Below, piece by piece: positions 25,894 through 40,000 of a stretch of 64,000 bases of DNA (the first letter of the stretch is position 1; every line of letters starts with the position of its first letter). The position numbers and the translations under genes were made by a program. The stretch is taken from positions 2,170,001-2,234,000 of the forward strand of contig NC_134473.1 in NCBI RefSeq assembly GCF_964194025.1, given 5' to 3'. This stretch comes from Convolutriloba macropyga. Taxonomy: Eukaryota. The notes below the pieces were generated by a model that did no database searches, was not told where the DNA came from, and saw only the letters and a program-made list of their open reading frames with translations.

Positions 25894-28800
25894 TCCCCCC
25901 CCTGAGGAGACAACTATATAGAGAAATAAATTAAATAACACAGAGCTCAGACGATATTTACCGGTTATAGATTATTTGAAATATCCTTCAATATTTCAGT
26001 GTAACTGAGTTTTGAAAAATGACAAACTCTATTGGTATAGTCCTTGTTTTCCTCACCTTACTCTGCGTCTGATATTTTTCCCTTACCTGGGACAGATTGG
26101 GTTTCGTGTCGGATGTCCAACGTCCGTTTGGGTTCCTTGGGGAACAACTTCGAAGAATTGTTGATATATTGAACAACAAGAGTTATTATAGCCCTCCGTA
26201 ATTTGAATATCCTAAATCACCGTTTGAATTGGTGTAGATTCTTTCATTTTCTTTTGCCTTTACTACGGCGAGTAGTAAATGGCCAAAATTGTTATCCTGA
26301 AGTTTCTTCACTCAATGTCATTGCTGTTGTTTTTTGTATGTCAAATTTGAGTTAGTTACTAGGCTGTGTAATTTGACGGGGCTCGGAGTTGTGCGTACTC
26401 CGCAAGTTCAATATTTCGCTCGTTCCAAATTTGACGGTGTCTGGATTGAAAACTATCTATAGCTTCCAGCTTATTTGGCTCCTTTATCATTCTGGTTGAG
26501 GGGCTTCATTTCTTCACTGTGCTCCCCGAGGCGGGGACCTATAAGCGCCCGTCTAATGTTCTCTTGAGGCGTTGATTAGCATTTATATCTCGCTCAATTT
26601 TTACCTGAACGCTATGTTGAGATGGTGGAAGTGAGCTCGGAGTATTCTCCGACCACATAAGGGCTTCATGGTCTTGCACTTCTGCCTGTTTGTCTGTTGC
26701 ATGGTTAGTTGCAGCTCAAATAACCATTTCCATTTCTACGTCGCTGCAATCGACCGTATCAACATACTGTGAGTCAGTGAGATACGATCTGCCCTTGATT
26801 GTGTCATCGTCTAAATAACGAAATCTCTTATTTTTTGTACTTTAGATCTCTACTATCTGTTTTTGTTGCGATATTTTATATTGGCGTTTAAAGTGCTCTG
26901 CCAAAATGCGCTTCAAATGGCGGCGTTACTTTTTTTATTAGAACATTTCTAATTCCTTTGCAATTGCATGAACTGCAGAAAGAATATTGATTGTTCTAAT
27001 GATTTGCGTTTTTTCAGGCCTGACAATGGTCCTCTACTTGATTGAAAGAGGGTTTCTACAATTCTAATCGCTCGATAGTCAATATCAGAGGTTTATATGG
27101 CTTCAAAGCTGTTTTCTTAAGAGAAAATCCATTTTCTCCAGACAGACATACAACTTGATCAAATCTAATTGATCTTGGAACTCTGTGATTATAAGTATTC
27201 GATTGCTTAGGCGAGTGAATCACCGTTGATATATTGCAGCCAACAGTACTGTGCAAGGCTTAGCATTGCCAAGTTGCCTGGTTTATTGAAGCGTTTATGC
27301 TCCAGCATCGATTTCTTGATCGTTTTCCGTTTTGCTATTCTCTCCTCTACACACAAACATGTGCTCGTCACGCTCAATTCCCGCCAATGGGAGTGTATTT
27401 AGGGTTTGATCTCTTTAAGCCTCCGTTTGCCGCTTTTGAGTACACACACTCGCAATGCATTCGAAACTGCGTCTTTCAATGTCAATATGGTGATCACACT
27501 CTTGCTAATTTTTTTCCCAAACTTTTCCCACAAACAACCGTTTTTGATCCTCCTGTTGATTCCGTGGATGTGTATCAAATCTCTGGTATTGTATGCGCGG
27601 TTGAGAAGTCCGATTCGGCATTGAAAGTCACTCTCGATTTAGCTGGGGTTGAGGTTTGCGATGATTTGGCTCAAGGCCAAATGAGGTTTTTGATTGATTT
27701 ATACCTTTTATAGTGAGTGATTTGAAATTTTAGTGCTCAATTGAGAATTTTATCGTTAATGCACGTTTCGGTATCAAACAGGGTGAAGAAAGCGCGAAGC
27801 GAAATGTTCTCCTTGTTCATATTCTTCTAATTGCGACTTTCGCAACGCAATTGCACTAACAATATCTGATAAATAAGCCTTATTTGTGGGAGGATTATGC
27901 TCTGCGTGATTAGTGGTTTGAAATAAAGTGAAAGGAAAAGGGATTTGTGATGCAATAGCCTTACATGATTTTTGCTCTGAGTGTTTACTAGAATGGATGG
28001 ATTAATTACGATGCGAAGTGTGGGGGTTGGTTGATCGTGTGGTAACGTTGACTTATTAGAATATCATGATAATTCATTTTCAATAGAAAGAGACAGCGAT
28101 GCAACATCCAGGTTGACAGGTTTATTTTAATTGTGATTTATGGTTTCTGTTAAAATTTTAATTCTTCTTGATCTGGGCTTTGAAACGCGCTTGAATGAGT
28201 CCTCCAATTGTAAAATGGTTGCTATGACAAAAATCATATCGAATGTACAAACATTTTAGCAATCTCATACGAGTTATGTTGATTGCAGTCGACTAGACTC
28301 ATTTTTGCTCTTGCTAAGTGCTCAGTTGTGAATTTGTGATGAGTTAATTGAACTATTCACCGAGATAATCACTGTTGTTTGATTTATTTGTCCTGCGTTT
28401 CTTTAAAATCGATGACTAGCAACGAACATATTTTTTTTCCTATGGATACTAATTGAAGTGATCAATTGACCACACTATACAAACTATACCCAAAAGTTCG
28501 AGTTCATCGACACTAGTGTTTCGCAGGAAATTTTAAGAATCTGGAGGCAAATGCTATAATTTTTCATCCATCCCTCTAATGCTGCTCCAAATCGTGATCT
28601 GGATGCTAGGCGTTTTAATCTCACTTTAAAGTCGTGATTGAAATTACCTTTTTCTGCGATTGATTAAATTTTGTTTTGAAATTTGTGAAAATGATTTTGA
28701 TGTTCTTTTATACAATAATACAGTTTTCGTACACTTCATCTATAGTGGATGTAGTGGGTGACAAAATTGAGCAAAACTTGGTATGCATTTGTTAATATAA

Positions 28801-30693
28801 TGCACTGAGACTATAAATGACTTCCGGAAGGAGTTGCTAAGTTTGCGGCCGCTCCTTATTTTGAGGAGGAAAATTGCAGTTTAGTAGGATTTTTTCCCAG
28901 CCGTTTGATTTGAGGTTTTGCAAGTTGACGTTTTGGAAGATTGATAAGCAAGATGTCTTCGTTTTGTCGTTTTACGTGTTTTAAATGTTTTTTTCTCTAG
29001 ATTCGGTTTTAACTATCATGATATCTTCCAAAAACCAAATGTATATTGTGAACCCACAATAGTATTATCCATTGTTTTTTGAAAATCTAGCGGCCTATCT
29101 GTTAGCCCGTAAACTCCAGTTCCATATGTGTATGTAACTGTTGATTCACAAATATGATTTTGAGGTTGAGATAATTTATATATCTTTTTGCAATTGGAGT
29201 CGACTATATGCCTATTTCTGTTTGATTGCTGAAAGGTTTTGTTTTTGACATTTATGAGTTTCAATGTCATGTTTGGACATGGAAACGATAAGCTTTTCCT
29301 TGTTACACATTTAATGTTTTTATTTACAATAAGCTTTGTTTAGGACTTTATAGTCTGATGCCAACCTTAAATAATGATATTTTTACACAGTAGTGGCGAT
29401 AGGGAAAATGGAGTTTTCATTAGAACAATTTGAGAGTTTTGAGATTGATGTGGCCTTCTTTTTGCAACCGACCAATTTCTTTTGTAACTCTGGTTGTAAC
29501 TTTGTCCGAGCGCATCTACTTTTGTATTGTCTGAATACAGTTTAGGATAAGATATCATTTATGTAGATTTCCGTTATGTATTCGCTGTTGTTGAACCGCC
29601 AGTCCCTGATCTTTCACAGGGCATCGTCTCACAATGCTGTTTCACCGTCCCCAACAATTTTTAGAATCGCATCTGTGCTTTCCAAATTGTTACATCTAAC
29701 GGAGGTTCTCTGTCTGCCAATCACTTTTATGGGTTCTTTATTGAATGTTTTGAGTTCCTTTTTGTTTGGTGTGTGTGAATCATTTGTGCAGTTGCTGTAC
29801 TCGCTGGTACTTTATTAGCTAAGCATCGATTGATGATGCTACAAACAACCCTTACCAAACTGTATGAATATATTCAAGTTTCCTACTTTTGTAGCGATGA
29901 CAAAAGAAAGTGCGGCGACCCTGTAATTCTCTGATGTACCATCGTAAATGAAGCCGTTTAGTTGATAACATAGTTTCAGCTAACTACCTTTTTAGTTTAC
30001 AGTTCGATTGTCATTGCCACCGTTTGCTTGGTCGTTCATATTGTGGGTCACATATGTTTGTTTTGTCTGTTTTTGAGAACATTGTGCTCGTTTGATGCAA
30101 TTATTAGCCAATCATTTTTGTGTAAAGCCAGTCGCATAGGTATTGGTCATAGTAAATTTTGGTAATTATCGGAGTTAAAATTTTTGTTTTCAAAATCTTT
30201 AACCAAATTTGGCGCTCGGTTTTTGCAATTCCTTCTCCGGTTGATATGTTGTTTTTTAATGCAAAGTTCCAGTGAAATTGCCTTTGTGCAGCCATTGTTT
30301 TGCTAAGAGGCCCTTTTTGTGTGTCCAAATCAGAAATTTTTTATGAAATAAACATACAATTAGTTCATGATATTTTGTCTGGGTTATGAATGGATAAAAA
30401 TGGAAACAAAGTAAAATTGAACTAGTTAAACATCACTAAATTAGGATTATAATATTGGGAATATCATGGCCGCACGACAGACTTTTCCGATAAATTCTCA
30501 TGGGTTCTAGCCGTTTTAAAGCTTTTTACTCAATATTCTGCGACTAAATTTACACTCTAATAAATATTTAAACGATTTTTTCCTATATACCCATTTTAAT
30601 TTTTGGTCCAGTTGTTATGTGATTAAACTTCTCCTTTAGTAATCAATCCTCAATTTTACAAATAATGCATTGTCATTATTAGTTTTTGTCCAT
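25894..30693 (-). mobile_element. Decayed Ty3/gypsy LTR retrotransposon, copy 1 (gag continues at ~41863-42215 and 42980-43200)
   Basis: Minus-strand RT motif TGVYGLTDRPLDFQKTMD (~29130-29060); RNase H ASRSRFGAALE, IAFASRFL, ELELLGIV..WSIDHF (28620-28450); integrase zinc-finger relic PGNLAMLSLAQY (~27280); PPT AGGGGGGGGA at 25903-25894. Domain order RT-RH-IN is gypsy type. Confidence 0.88.
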
Positions 30694-31152
30694 TGTTACT
30701 GATAAAAAAAGATCAGATGTAACTGAGAGGTTATTAGCCAATCAGAGTCGAGTATTTGAATACGGATTTAAATGAAAAAGTACGCAGAGAAGTTGTTCCA
30801 ATTTACGTACAAAGAACGAAAAAACTTTGCTTAACATTTTTTTAGGGAATCCTTATCATAAGAGCTATCAAATAAGACAATTTTCTTCTGAATAATTTTC
30901 GGGTTTTTGGATTCATTGGTACAAAAAGGTGACTGGCATTGATCTGATTCGTTATCAGACAAAACACCGGACAAATGAGCAAAAAAAACTGCCGTCTAAA
31001 AAACTACTTGTTGATATGATTGCACCAATACTAATACGATATCCTACGCTTATATGTTGATTTGTTGCTATATTGTGCTTTGCCGAAAAACGTTTTTTAG
31101 ATCGATTTTAACGTCAAATTGTATATTCGAAAGAGTAGTTTACACCTTTACA
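30694..31152 (+). repeat. BEL 5' LTR
   Basis: Homologous to 41391-41862 (attagccaatcaga.tcgagta.ttgaata.ggatttaaatgaa); followed by tttggtg. Confidence 0.9.
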
Positions 31153-32280
31153 TTTGGTGCTGGTCTCTACAAAGCCAGCTTTAGTAAAACCTAGTTGGGC
31201 AGCGTTTGTAAGCCTTATTATCACAGACCTAGAAATTGGTGCAAACCATTACAAACCGAGTTAATCAGGTTTCTTTCTCACAACATAATACCCATAAGCC
31301 GGGAGTCCCAATTTCTACCACAAAAGGACTGGCAATTAATCTCAGTCGTGGTTCCTGAGACAAATCTCAACAGAATGCGACACGACGAAACATGTAATAA
31401 GCTGAATCATGGGTTTTAAGTCTCAACGGATCTCAAAAAAGACAAGGCCAGGGTTGTGGGCGGAGAGATCTTTTCTTCGATTCCGAGTCTTTCAACCGGA
31501 GCTTCAGAACCATCAGGAAGTGACGGAACAGCAAGCTAATTGGACTGCGGATAAGGATGGATTGAAACTATCAACTTGTAATTCGCAAAATCGACATTGG
31601 TGAAGGGTCGACCGAAAACAATGTAAGCCAGAGCAAACATTCAACGATCTGTGAGAACAGTAGATTTTTGATATTTGGCAGTAAATAAAAACAAAGCGTT
31701 TAGGCGGCAAAAACCCAGCCCCTGAAAACTTGAATTTACTTTAGAGGATTTTACTATTTTTTCTCTATCGAAACCTTGATTTTGAAAATTTTTGGTCGAA
31801 TTTGCAAAAATTGGAAAAAAAGACAATGTTGGTTCGTATATCGTAAAATAAACTCTGATAAAGAAAAAATTGAGAGAATTGTGCTATATTGATATATGTG
31901 CTATGTGATATGTGAAAATTGTTGCTCAATTTGATGTAATTCAAGAAACATAGAAAATCAATATAGCAAAGATGATAAACCGAACTTTCAGGCATCAAAA
32001 GGTTCCTGTTTACTAAATTACTGTTCTGTATACGAAGATTTGCAAAAATTGCCCAATAAAAGAAGAAAAAATTATTGACAATTTTTTCAAAATTGAACTT
32101 TGCCAGATGGAGTTTTTTTCGTTCATTGACTGAAACTCCGCGTATCTTTCGCCCTTTAGCCTTTGAAACCTCGGTGTTTCGTTCTTTTTTCAATGATTTT
32201 GTTCTCCCAAATTTTGTTTATCATTTGTGTACCTGATCAATCCGATTTTGCGATCAATGTCATATATTCGCTTCATAAGT

Positions 32281-32950
32281 AATCCTCATCATGAGAACTA
32301 TCAAATAAGACAATATTCTGGAAAATAGTTTTTGGGTTTTGGATTCATCGGCACAAAATGGTGACTGATTAGTTATCAGACAAAATACCGGCCAATTGAG
32401 AATCAAAAATTGCCGTCTAAAAGACCAGTTTTTGCTCTGATCGCACCAAGTCTCATGCTATGTCCTAAGTGTATACGTTGATTTGTTACTATATTGTGCT
32501 TTGTCGAAAAATGTTGTTTTATATCGATTTTAACGTCAAAATGTATCTTCGAAAGAGTCACTTTACACCTTTACATTTGGTGTCGCTCTCTACAGGGCCA
32601 CCTTGGACCAAAGTGCCGCTCTCTAAAGAGCCACCTTGGACCAAAAATTGGACAAAAGCATAATTTTTTGACTAATTTGTCAAAAAAAGAATTTTGCCAG
32701 AAGAAGGTTTTTCGTTCATTGAGTGAAACTCAATACAGAAAAGCTGGGAATAAAATGGCAATCTCCGGCCTACAAACAAAACAATCGCAATGCCAGATTT
32801 TTTTCACGTTGCTCGATTCAATATCGTATCGTCCGCGTATCTTTCGTCTTTTAGCCTTTGAAATCTCCGTGTTTCGTTTTTTTTTTCAATGATGTTGCTC
32901 TATCAAAATTTTGTTTTTCATTTTCATAGTTTATCGTTCCAAAATTGCGT
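32281..32950 (+). repeat. Tandem duplicate of the 3' part of the BEL 5' LTR, PBS and leader
   Basis: 32281-32575 matches 30849-31152; 32700-32900 matches 32100-32215. Confidence 0.85.
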
Positions 32951-34093
32951 TCAACTTCTCATCTAGTCGCTTCAATTTTTTCTTCAATGTAGTATGTTAT
33001 CATAGGTGATGAAGAATATTTTTTTTGCAGTAAGTTGTTTACGAATGTATGCTGGTTTGTTGTTTTGATCTGTAGTTTACTAAGGTGTGACCCGGTCAAT
33101 TCACGAGTTACGGCGAGAGTGTCTCTTGATTTTTTCAATTTTACGAATTCACTAGCTCTCATGTTGAGGAAAAATGATTTTTGCCGCTGTATGTTTGCGT
33201 GTAATTGTATGATTGCCAGTTGGTTTGATCTCTTGCATTCTACGGTGTGACGTAAATTTGTTCTGGAGTTACAACAAGGTTGTTGTTGTCTTTTCCAGCC
33301 ATCAAAGACTACAAGTACAATTTTGTAGTTTGTTTCGTATTTGCAGTAGTTTGTCTAGAATTATTAGTGTGCTGATCGGTTGTTTACTTTTAGATATTGC
33401 TAGGATGTGACTTTACTTTATTCTGTAGTTACGGTTAGTTAGCTTCATGCTCTTTTCATCCATTTAATATACAACTGCGTTGCCGTAAATTAGTTTGTTA
33501 CTGGTATATTAAGCCCCAAACTGACTTTTGCTAGTTCGTCTTTCAATAGCATCTCTCCTCCTTCCAAGGGAGTGACTTAATTTTGTCCCGTTGACTTGAG
33601 TTTGTTGCTGTGGTCTGCTAGCATAGTACTTCACTACCTCCTCGCTTGTGGCTTGCCGTTTGCCGCCCCTTCTATACGGACTTCCACTCTCGTCACGCGC
33701 TACCCGCTCGACTTTTTTAATGCGTCTGTCTTGTTCCCCGTCTCGTCATGCGTACTTCGCCCGACGTTTCCGTCCTGTCCTAACATTTTCTCATTTCGTC
33801 TTGCGCTGTTTGCTTGACGTTCCCGATTGTCCTTCCCGTTTCCATTTGGGCCGTGTGTTGCTCCCTTACCATCCGTCCCGTCTGCCGTCTTGTCTTGTGC
33901 CTCGCTTTCTTCGCTCAACGTTTTTTCCATTCTTTCGACTGGTATTTCTGTACTCGACGCAAACCTTCGCTCTTTGGCGGTTTGCTCTAGGAAAACCGTT
34001 ATACTAGGGTTTTGTTGAACTCTTTATGTTGTGTATGTATGTGTACCTTGTAATTGTACCGAAATAAACTTTTAATTCTTGTTTTGATAAGAT

Positions 34094-37000
34094 CATGAAA
34101 GTCTTGCAGGTCAAAATTGAGTTAATAGTTCGATGCAAAATTGGAGGCAGAATTTAAAATTATTTTGTATTCAAATTAACAATGCTGTGAACAAGCAAGA
34201 CAGGAAAAAGATCGAACTTCTGATTGTAAAATCCAAAAATGCACTCACAAGTGTAATTGAGAAGAATGAGAAGCTCATTGATCTTGCGCTTACGACTGAA
34301 GATCCGCTTATAACTAAGATGTATGACAAAAATGATCGCGTAATTTGATTTGGTCCAAAACAAAGAGACAGCAAAGCAAAACACATCTCATAGTTCAAAA
34401 TCAGGTTTGCATATGACTTCCTCAATAACATTTACCCAGCATCAACGAGACTTAGAAACATCAAGACTTAAGAGGGATGAACTTGAAAAGCAACATGAAG
34501 CAGAGCTGCACACTTTCAGACAGCGTTTCAAAATCGAAACATAAACGAAATTGCAATAGTTGGAAACTGGGCAGCTGGAGGAGGAACATCGCAACCTAGT
34601 AGATGCTGCAGCTCATGAAAAAGTCATCAACCGACGGTGCCGATACAGGTAAATTGAGCAAGCTCAATACGGAAAAAAGTTCAATCAAGAACAAGAAAAT
34701 GTTCAAGGTTGGGTCAGTTCTACACCGGCCGGGAACAAAGCAAATAATGCAAATAAACCGAGTGTGCACTTTTTGGGTCGTTCGAAGAAACCAACCAAGC
34801 AATTGCCCCTCGTCCTTCTTCAGCTCAATCTCTAAAGTCACTTTCTAATCTCAACACACATTGTTAACTTGAGGCTAATATCAACCTCTATATCCTTAGG
34901 CCCCAACACACAAGTAATAGAACCAATGAAAAATTAATGTAAATACTGCCAGCTCAACTAAACACCCCAAACACAGCCAGACAACTGTCTCAAGCTACAA
35001 TGCACTTTGGATGATTTACAGTTAGACCACCAATTCTTTTGCAGGTCGAGCATTCTTGGACAGTTGAATTGAGTCAGCCCTTCTTTGATCACCACCCGCA
35101 AACGCACTTTCTAGTGATCCACTAACCCATAATCAGCCACAAGCACACAAAAATGCCCACGGAATTCCACCCCAGTCCCGAACCCAATAGACCCGCAAGT
35201 TCACTTAGTCCCCACCGCCTATTGTTTTGCTCCCGCGCCACCACCAGCTCTCTTAAAAAATGTAAATAAACACATGGCAAACAATGCCGAACAGTTACCG
35301 CCCTTTCAGCCCGCGCAGAAATTTTCTCCTCCTGTAAATGTTTCTTTACCCCACCTATTTTATCCACCAGAGCTAGAGTACAAGTACATGCCCCTATGTC
35401 CTATACCTTCAAACAATGCATCTCTCCTTCCTTCAAATCCAAACGTATGACGCATTCCGGCATCCGTTCCAGCTAGTTCGATGCCACTTGTTGGCACATC
35501 CGTAAACTTAAACAAGGTACCACTGTCCCAGTTCAGCAACTCTCATGTCCCCCAGCTCACATCCAAGGCTCACGTAGAGGCAGCAATTAGGTCTTAAACT
35601 GATGTAGCATCAGACTTCATGCAACAAAAAACATTTCGGTTTTCCACTGTTACCGACTCGGCTTTTGCTGCTCCCATGGTCCCTACAATGTATGGAGCTA
35701 CCGTTCCGAAACCGTTGTGTTGGGGTTAACTCATGCATCCCACACCTTCGGAGCCTTCTTCGGCCTCCGTGGATTTGAGAAAAAACAGTTGGCGGACGCA
35801 ATCAATAGTAAAAATAACAATCTACTGACCAAATGGAAACTGTCACAGTTGCATGAATGATTTGGACAAAATCAAAGCGCCATATATTCAAAGTTACTGA
35901 CTGATGCTGTCAAACTGACTTACAGAAACTCAGGTAACTGGAAAAGCGAAGACTGCTACCAATGAGTATGAATGCTGCAGAATAATGTATAGAGAGGAAC
36001 TTGAATGCAAATTTGGCCAGCCACAGGCAGTTGTCAGCGCACATTTAAACAAACTCAACTCTTTTGCACCGCACAAGATGCACAAAAGCGAAAATATCCC
36101 TAACTATTCGGAATGCATTTCAGGTATCGTCGAGGTCTTTAAGTCACTCTCGTACGATTCGGATTTAAAGAGTGCTGCGCTTCCCAACACTGAGGTACAA
36201 AAACTCCCACTCAAAATGAAGGACATATGGTGCTCTTCACTGTCAAAAAGCTTTGGTCAAAACCTACTGCGCTGGATTTTAATGCCTGGGTAAACGAGAA
36301 GACCGAAGCGCACGATTTAATGAAGAATACCGCAATTAAAACAAAGAATGAGAGTACCATAAACCAGGCGACCAAGACAAAAGTTGCATCGAAGGCATTC
36401 GCCGCAAATACGCAACAGAAGAGTCACCAGAAGTTAGGACAAAGTTCGTCAACATCTATCGTAAGCTGCATTTATACAAAGGCAGTCAATGGACGAGTGC
36501 CGTTTATTCAAGGAGAAGACTCCCACGCAGCGGGACACCGTTGTGTCTGAAGCAAAGCTGTCTTTCTTGTTTTCGTGTCAAAATCATGTTTAGGCAATAC
36601 CCAATTACCTTTCAAATGTAGAAAAGATGGCTGCGACAGCTCCCATAACACCTTGCTTCACGGAGCTGGAACGATTGTTCCAGCTAAAGCCCCAACAAAC
36701 GCCAACATCAAAAATTCAAATTCAAATGCAGGTTCTAGTAGGTCAACTATCGGTCAACAGCAACCAAGCAAAACGACCACTTTGTCCTTTGTCACTGAGA
36801 ATGAACTATTCCTCTGGTACTAGTATTACGGAGCTAGTTTTATACGATACCGCCTGCAGTAACTCTTGGTCATCCGATAGTCTCTCAGCTAGACTCGGTT
36901 TGCAAGGTACCGCATTAAAGCTCATTGGCAAGTGTATTAAAGCAGAGGTACTCCTCAACACAAAGGTTGTTCTATTGACGCAACACCTCATAAAGGTCGA

Positions 37001-40000
37001 AACTTCGAAGCGTTTACTATTTGTCCCTATGTGAGAGAAATAATAAATGTAGTTTCCGACGTCACTGACGTTTTGTCCATGCAAGATTCGTACCCACATC
37101 TGGCCGTCCTAGGTCTAGTAAGATATAGCTACGGGGATATTGAGGCAAAACCAACGCTTCCCACAGTTTCGGCTACGTCCGCGGATTTGATAAAAAAATT
37201 TTGGCGGCCGCAATCACTCGCAAAGAGATCAGTCCACTGCCCAAGTGGAAACTGTCACAGTGGAGTGAATGGTTTGGACAATTTAAAAGCGCCATAGATT
37301 CAAAGTTACTGACTGATGATGTCAAGCTGACTTAACTAAACTCTAGTAACTGGAAAAGCAAAGATTGCTACTAATGAGTATGCGCGCTGCGGAATAATGT
37401 ATAGCGATTCATTTAGGACACTTGAACGCAAGTTCGGCCAGCCACAGGAAGAGGTCAGTGCACATTTAGACAAACTGAACTCTTATCCAACACTGAAGAT
37501 GCAGAATGGCAAAATTACCATTAACTATTCAGAATGCATTTCAGGTATTGTCGAGGTCTTTATATTGCTCTCGTACAATTCGGATTTAAAGAGTGCTGCG
37601 CTTCTCATCACTGACGTACAGAAGTTACCACCCAATAATGTAGGGATGCTTAACTGAGTGTCCCAATCGAGGGAAATAATAAACGTAGGTTCTGACATCA
37701 ATGACGTTAAGTCCATGAAAGAAGCTTAATCACATCTGGTCGTCCCAGATCTAGTAAGGTATAGCTACAGACTTCGAAGTTTTTACTCTGCGTCCCTCTG
37801 TTAGGGAAATAATAAATGTAGGTTCTAAATTAATTGGTGTTAAGTCCGTGTAAGAATCTTACCCAAATCTGGCCGTCCTGATCTACGGAGTTATGGCTAG
37901 GGAGACATTGAGATGATACATGGAGAGGATGTCTGCCATGCCACCCGTCCAATAGAGTACTTTCCTGTGGACGAAAAGTGGTGACTGTTTGCTGTTCGCT
38001 TGTCCATTGGTTGGGTTTTAAGCGGCAACTTCCGTCAAGTTCAGGCTTGGTCTCGCCGTGTTTTGAAGCCAATGTTGAACAGGATTTAGAACTGGCTTGA
38101 AAAACTAAGTCTCCGTATGGTATGGAATCATTCCGCGCGTACAAGCAGGATGACCCACGATTTGCAGCGGATGCTCGCGCGCATGAAATACTTGAAAGAA
38201 CTGATTTTAATAATAGCAAAAGATGTGATGTCAGTATGTTGTGAGCTCATGACAATAACCAGCTCCCAATAAACTCTTTTCGTCACTGTACAGCGTACGG
38301 CTTGAATCTTTCAAAAAGCGGCTCTCGAGAGACACAACATTGAAGAAACCTTACACTAAGACCATCAGTGAAAACATGGAAAAGGCTACCTAATTACAGA
38401 CCATCAAGTGGTCAAACAGCAGTGGTGGGATAAAGAATGATACCTACCACAGCTTCCCTTAATCAACCCGAACAAACGGGGAAAGTGCGTAGGGTAATAA
38501 TTGGTACAGCAAAAATTCTCGGTACTTTTTTGAACAAATCTTTGCTCACTGGCCCCGACTGAGAACTTAATCCACGTACTACTCATGTTTCGTAATCATC
38601 AATTTGCGTAATACGCGGATATTAAGTGTATTTTCCCTCTGGTTAGGGTCCCAGACCGTGACCAGCCATCACACTGTTTTTTGTAGCGAGAGGACCCTAC
38701 AACGGATTTTGTAGCATGTCCAAACACGCGCCATATTTTCGGGACTAATGAGTTGCCCGCTTGCGCTAACTATGCATTGCAACAAAAGGCACGAGCAAAC
38801 ATAGGTCAGTAAACGAAAGCAACCAAAGCACTTCTGGAAAACTTCTACATGGTCGATCACATAGACTCTGAGGAGTTCAATGAGAGGGCTCTCAACATAT
38901 CGAAGGAATCGGTGCATCATCTCCATCTAGGTGGATTCAAGCTTAATATGTTTGCAAACAATGTACGGAATATGGCTAACCAAATTGTCGGGTCACCGCA
39001 GTCCACCGAACCAAGAGTAAACGCTTCATCTGTGGAGGAATCTTTACGTGTGCTTTGGTTGAAATGGGATCACAACAAGGATACCCTATTTGTGAGTAGA
39101 GTCACCTGCGGTACAGTTACTACGTCTTTAACAAAACGCTTGGAATTGAGTCTTGTGTCTAAGGTATTTGGTCCCATCTTTCTAGTGGCACCATTTACCG
39201 TTGGTGCTCGGTTGAGACTAATAGAAATCTGGCGTGTCCGAGGGCAGCATTTGGATGAAGAGCAACCGAAAGACACTGTTGAAGGGTTCCTCGAATGGAG
39301 TGCAGAACTACCCAAGAAATCACTATACCGGGCAGATACATCTCGGGAAACTTTGAATACCTGGAACTACACATGTTTCGCGATAGTTTGCAAGAATTCG
39401 TCAGTGCTGTTTCATTTCTCCTTCTCAAGTAAATACCTGGAGTGCAACACAAAAGGAGCTTGCGTTTGTCCTGGTAAAGCTCGCGTAGCACCTATGAAGT
39501 TGATGACAATTCCAAAGCTGAAATTACAGACAGCGCTATTCGCAGCTCGATTGAAAAAAGATCTCTGTGGAGTTCTAACTGTAAATGTCGACATGATTTT
39601 CATGTTTTGATGTGGACCGACAGTACTACTATCTCGCAATGGCTTATCTCTACAACCAGGCACCCAATATTTATTGCAAATAGTGTTTTAGAGATCTTAG
39701 AAAACACTACGGTTGACGAATGGAACCACGTTACCTCAAGTGATAACCCTCAGACGCCGGTACTCGTGGTATGTCCGCTGAGGTATTAATATCAATTAGC
39801 TGCGTGAAGGGCCGGGAATTACTGAAAACCAAGCGGTTCCCGTTGGAACGAAGCACTGAAGTTTATAATAACATCAAACTCGGTATAGCAATCAAATAAA
39901 CTGAAGGTACTCACACAACATTGGCAAAATTGGCGGCATTTGTAACTAAATCAAATAAAGTACCGCCCCAGCAACTAATCCGATTCGATAATTTCGTTCT

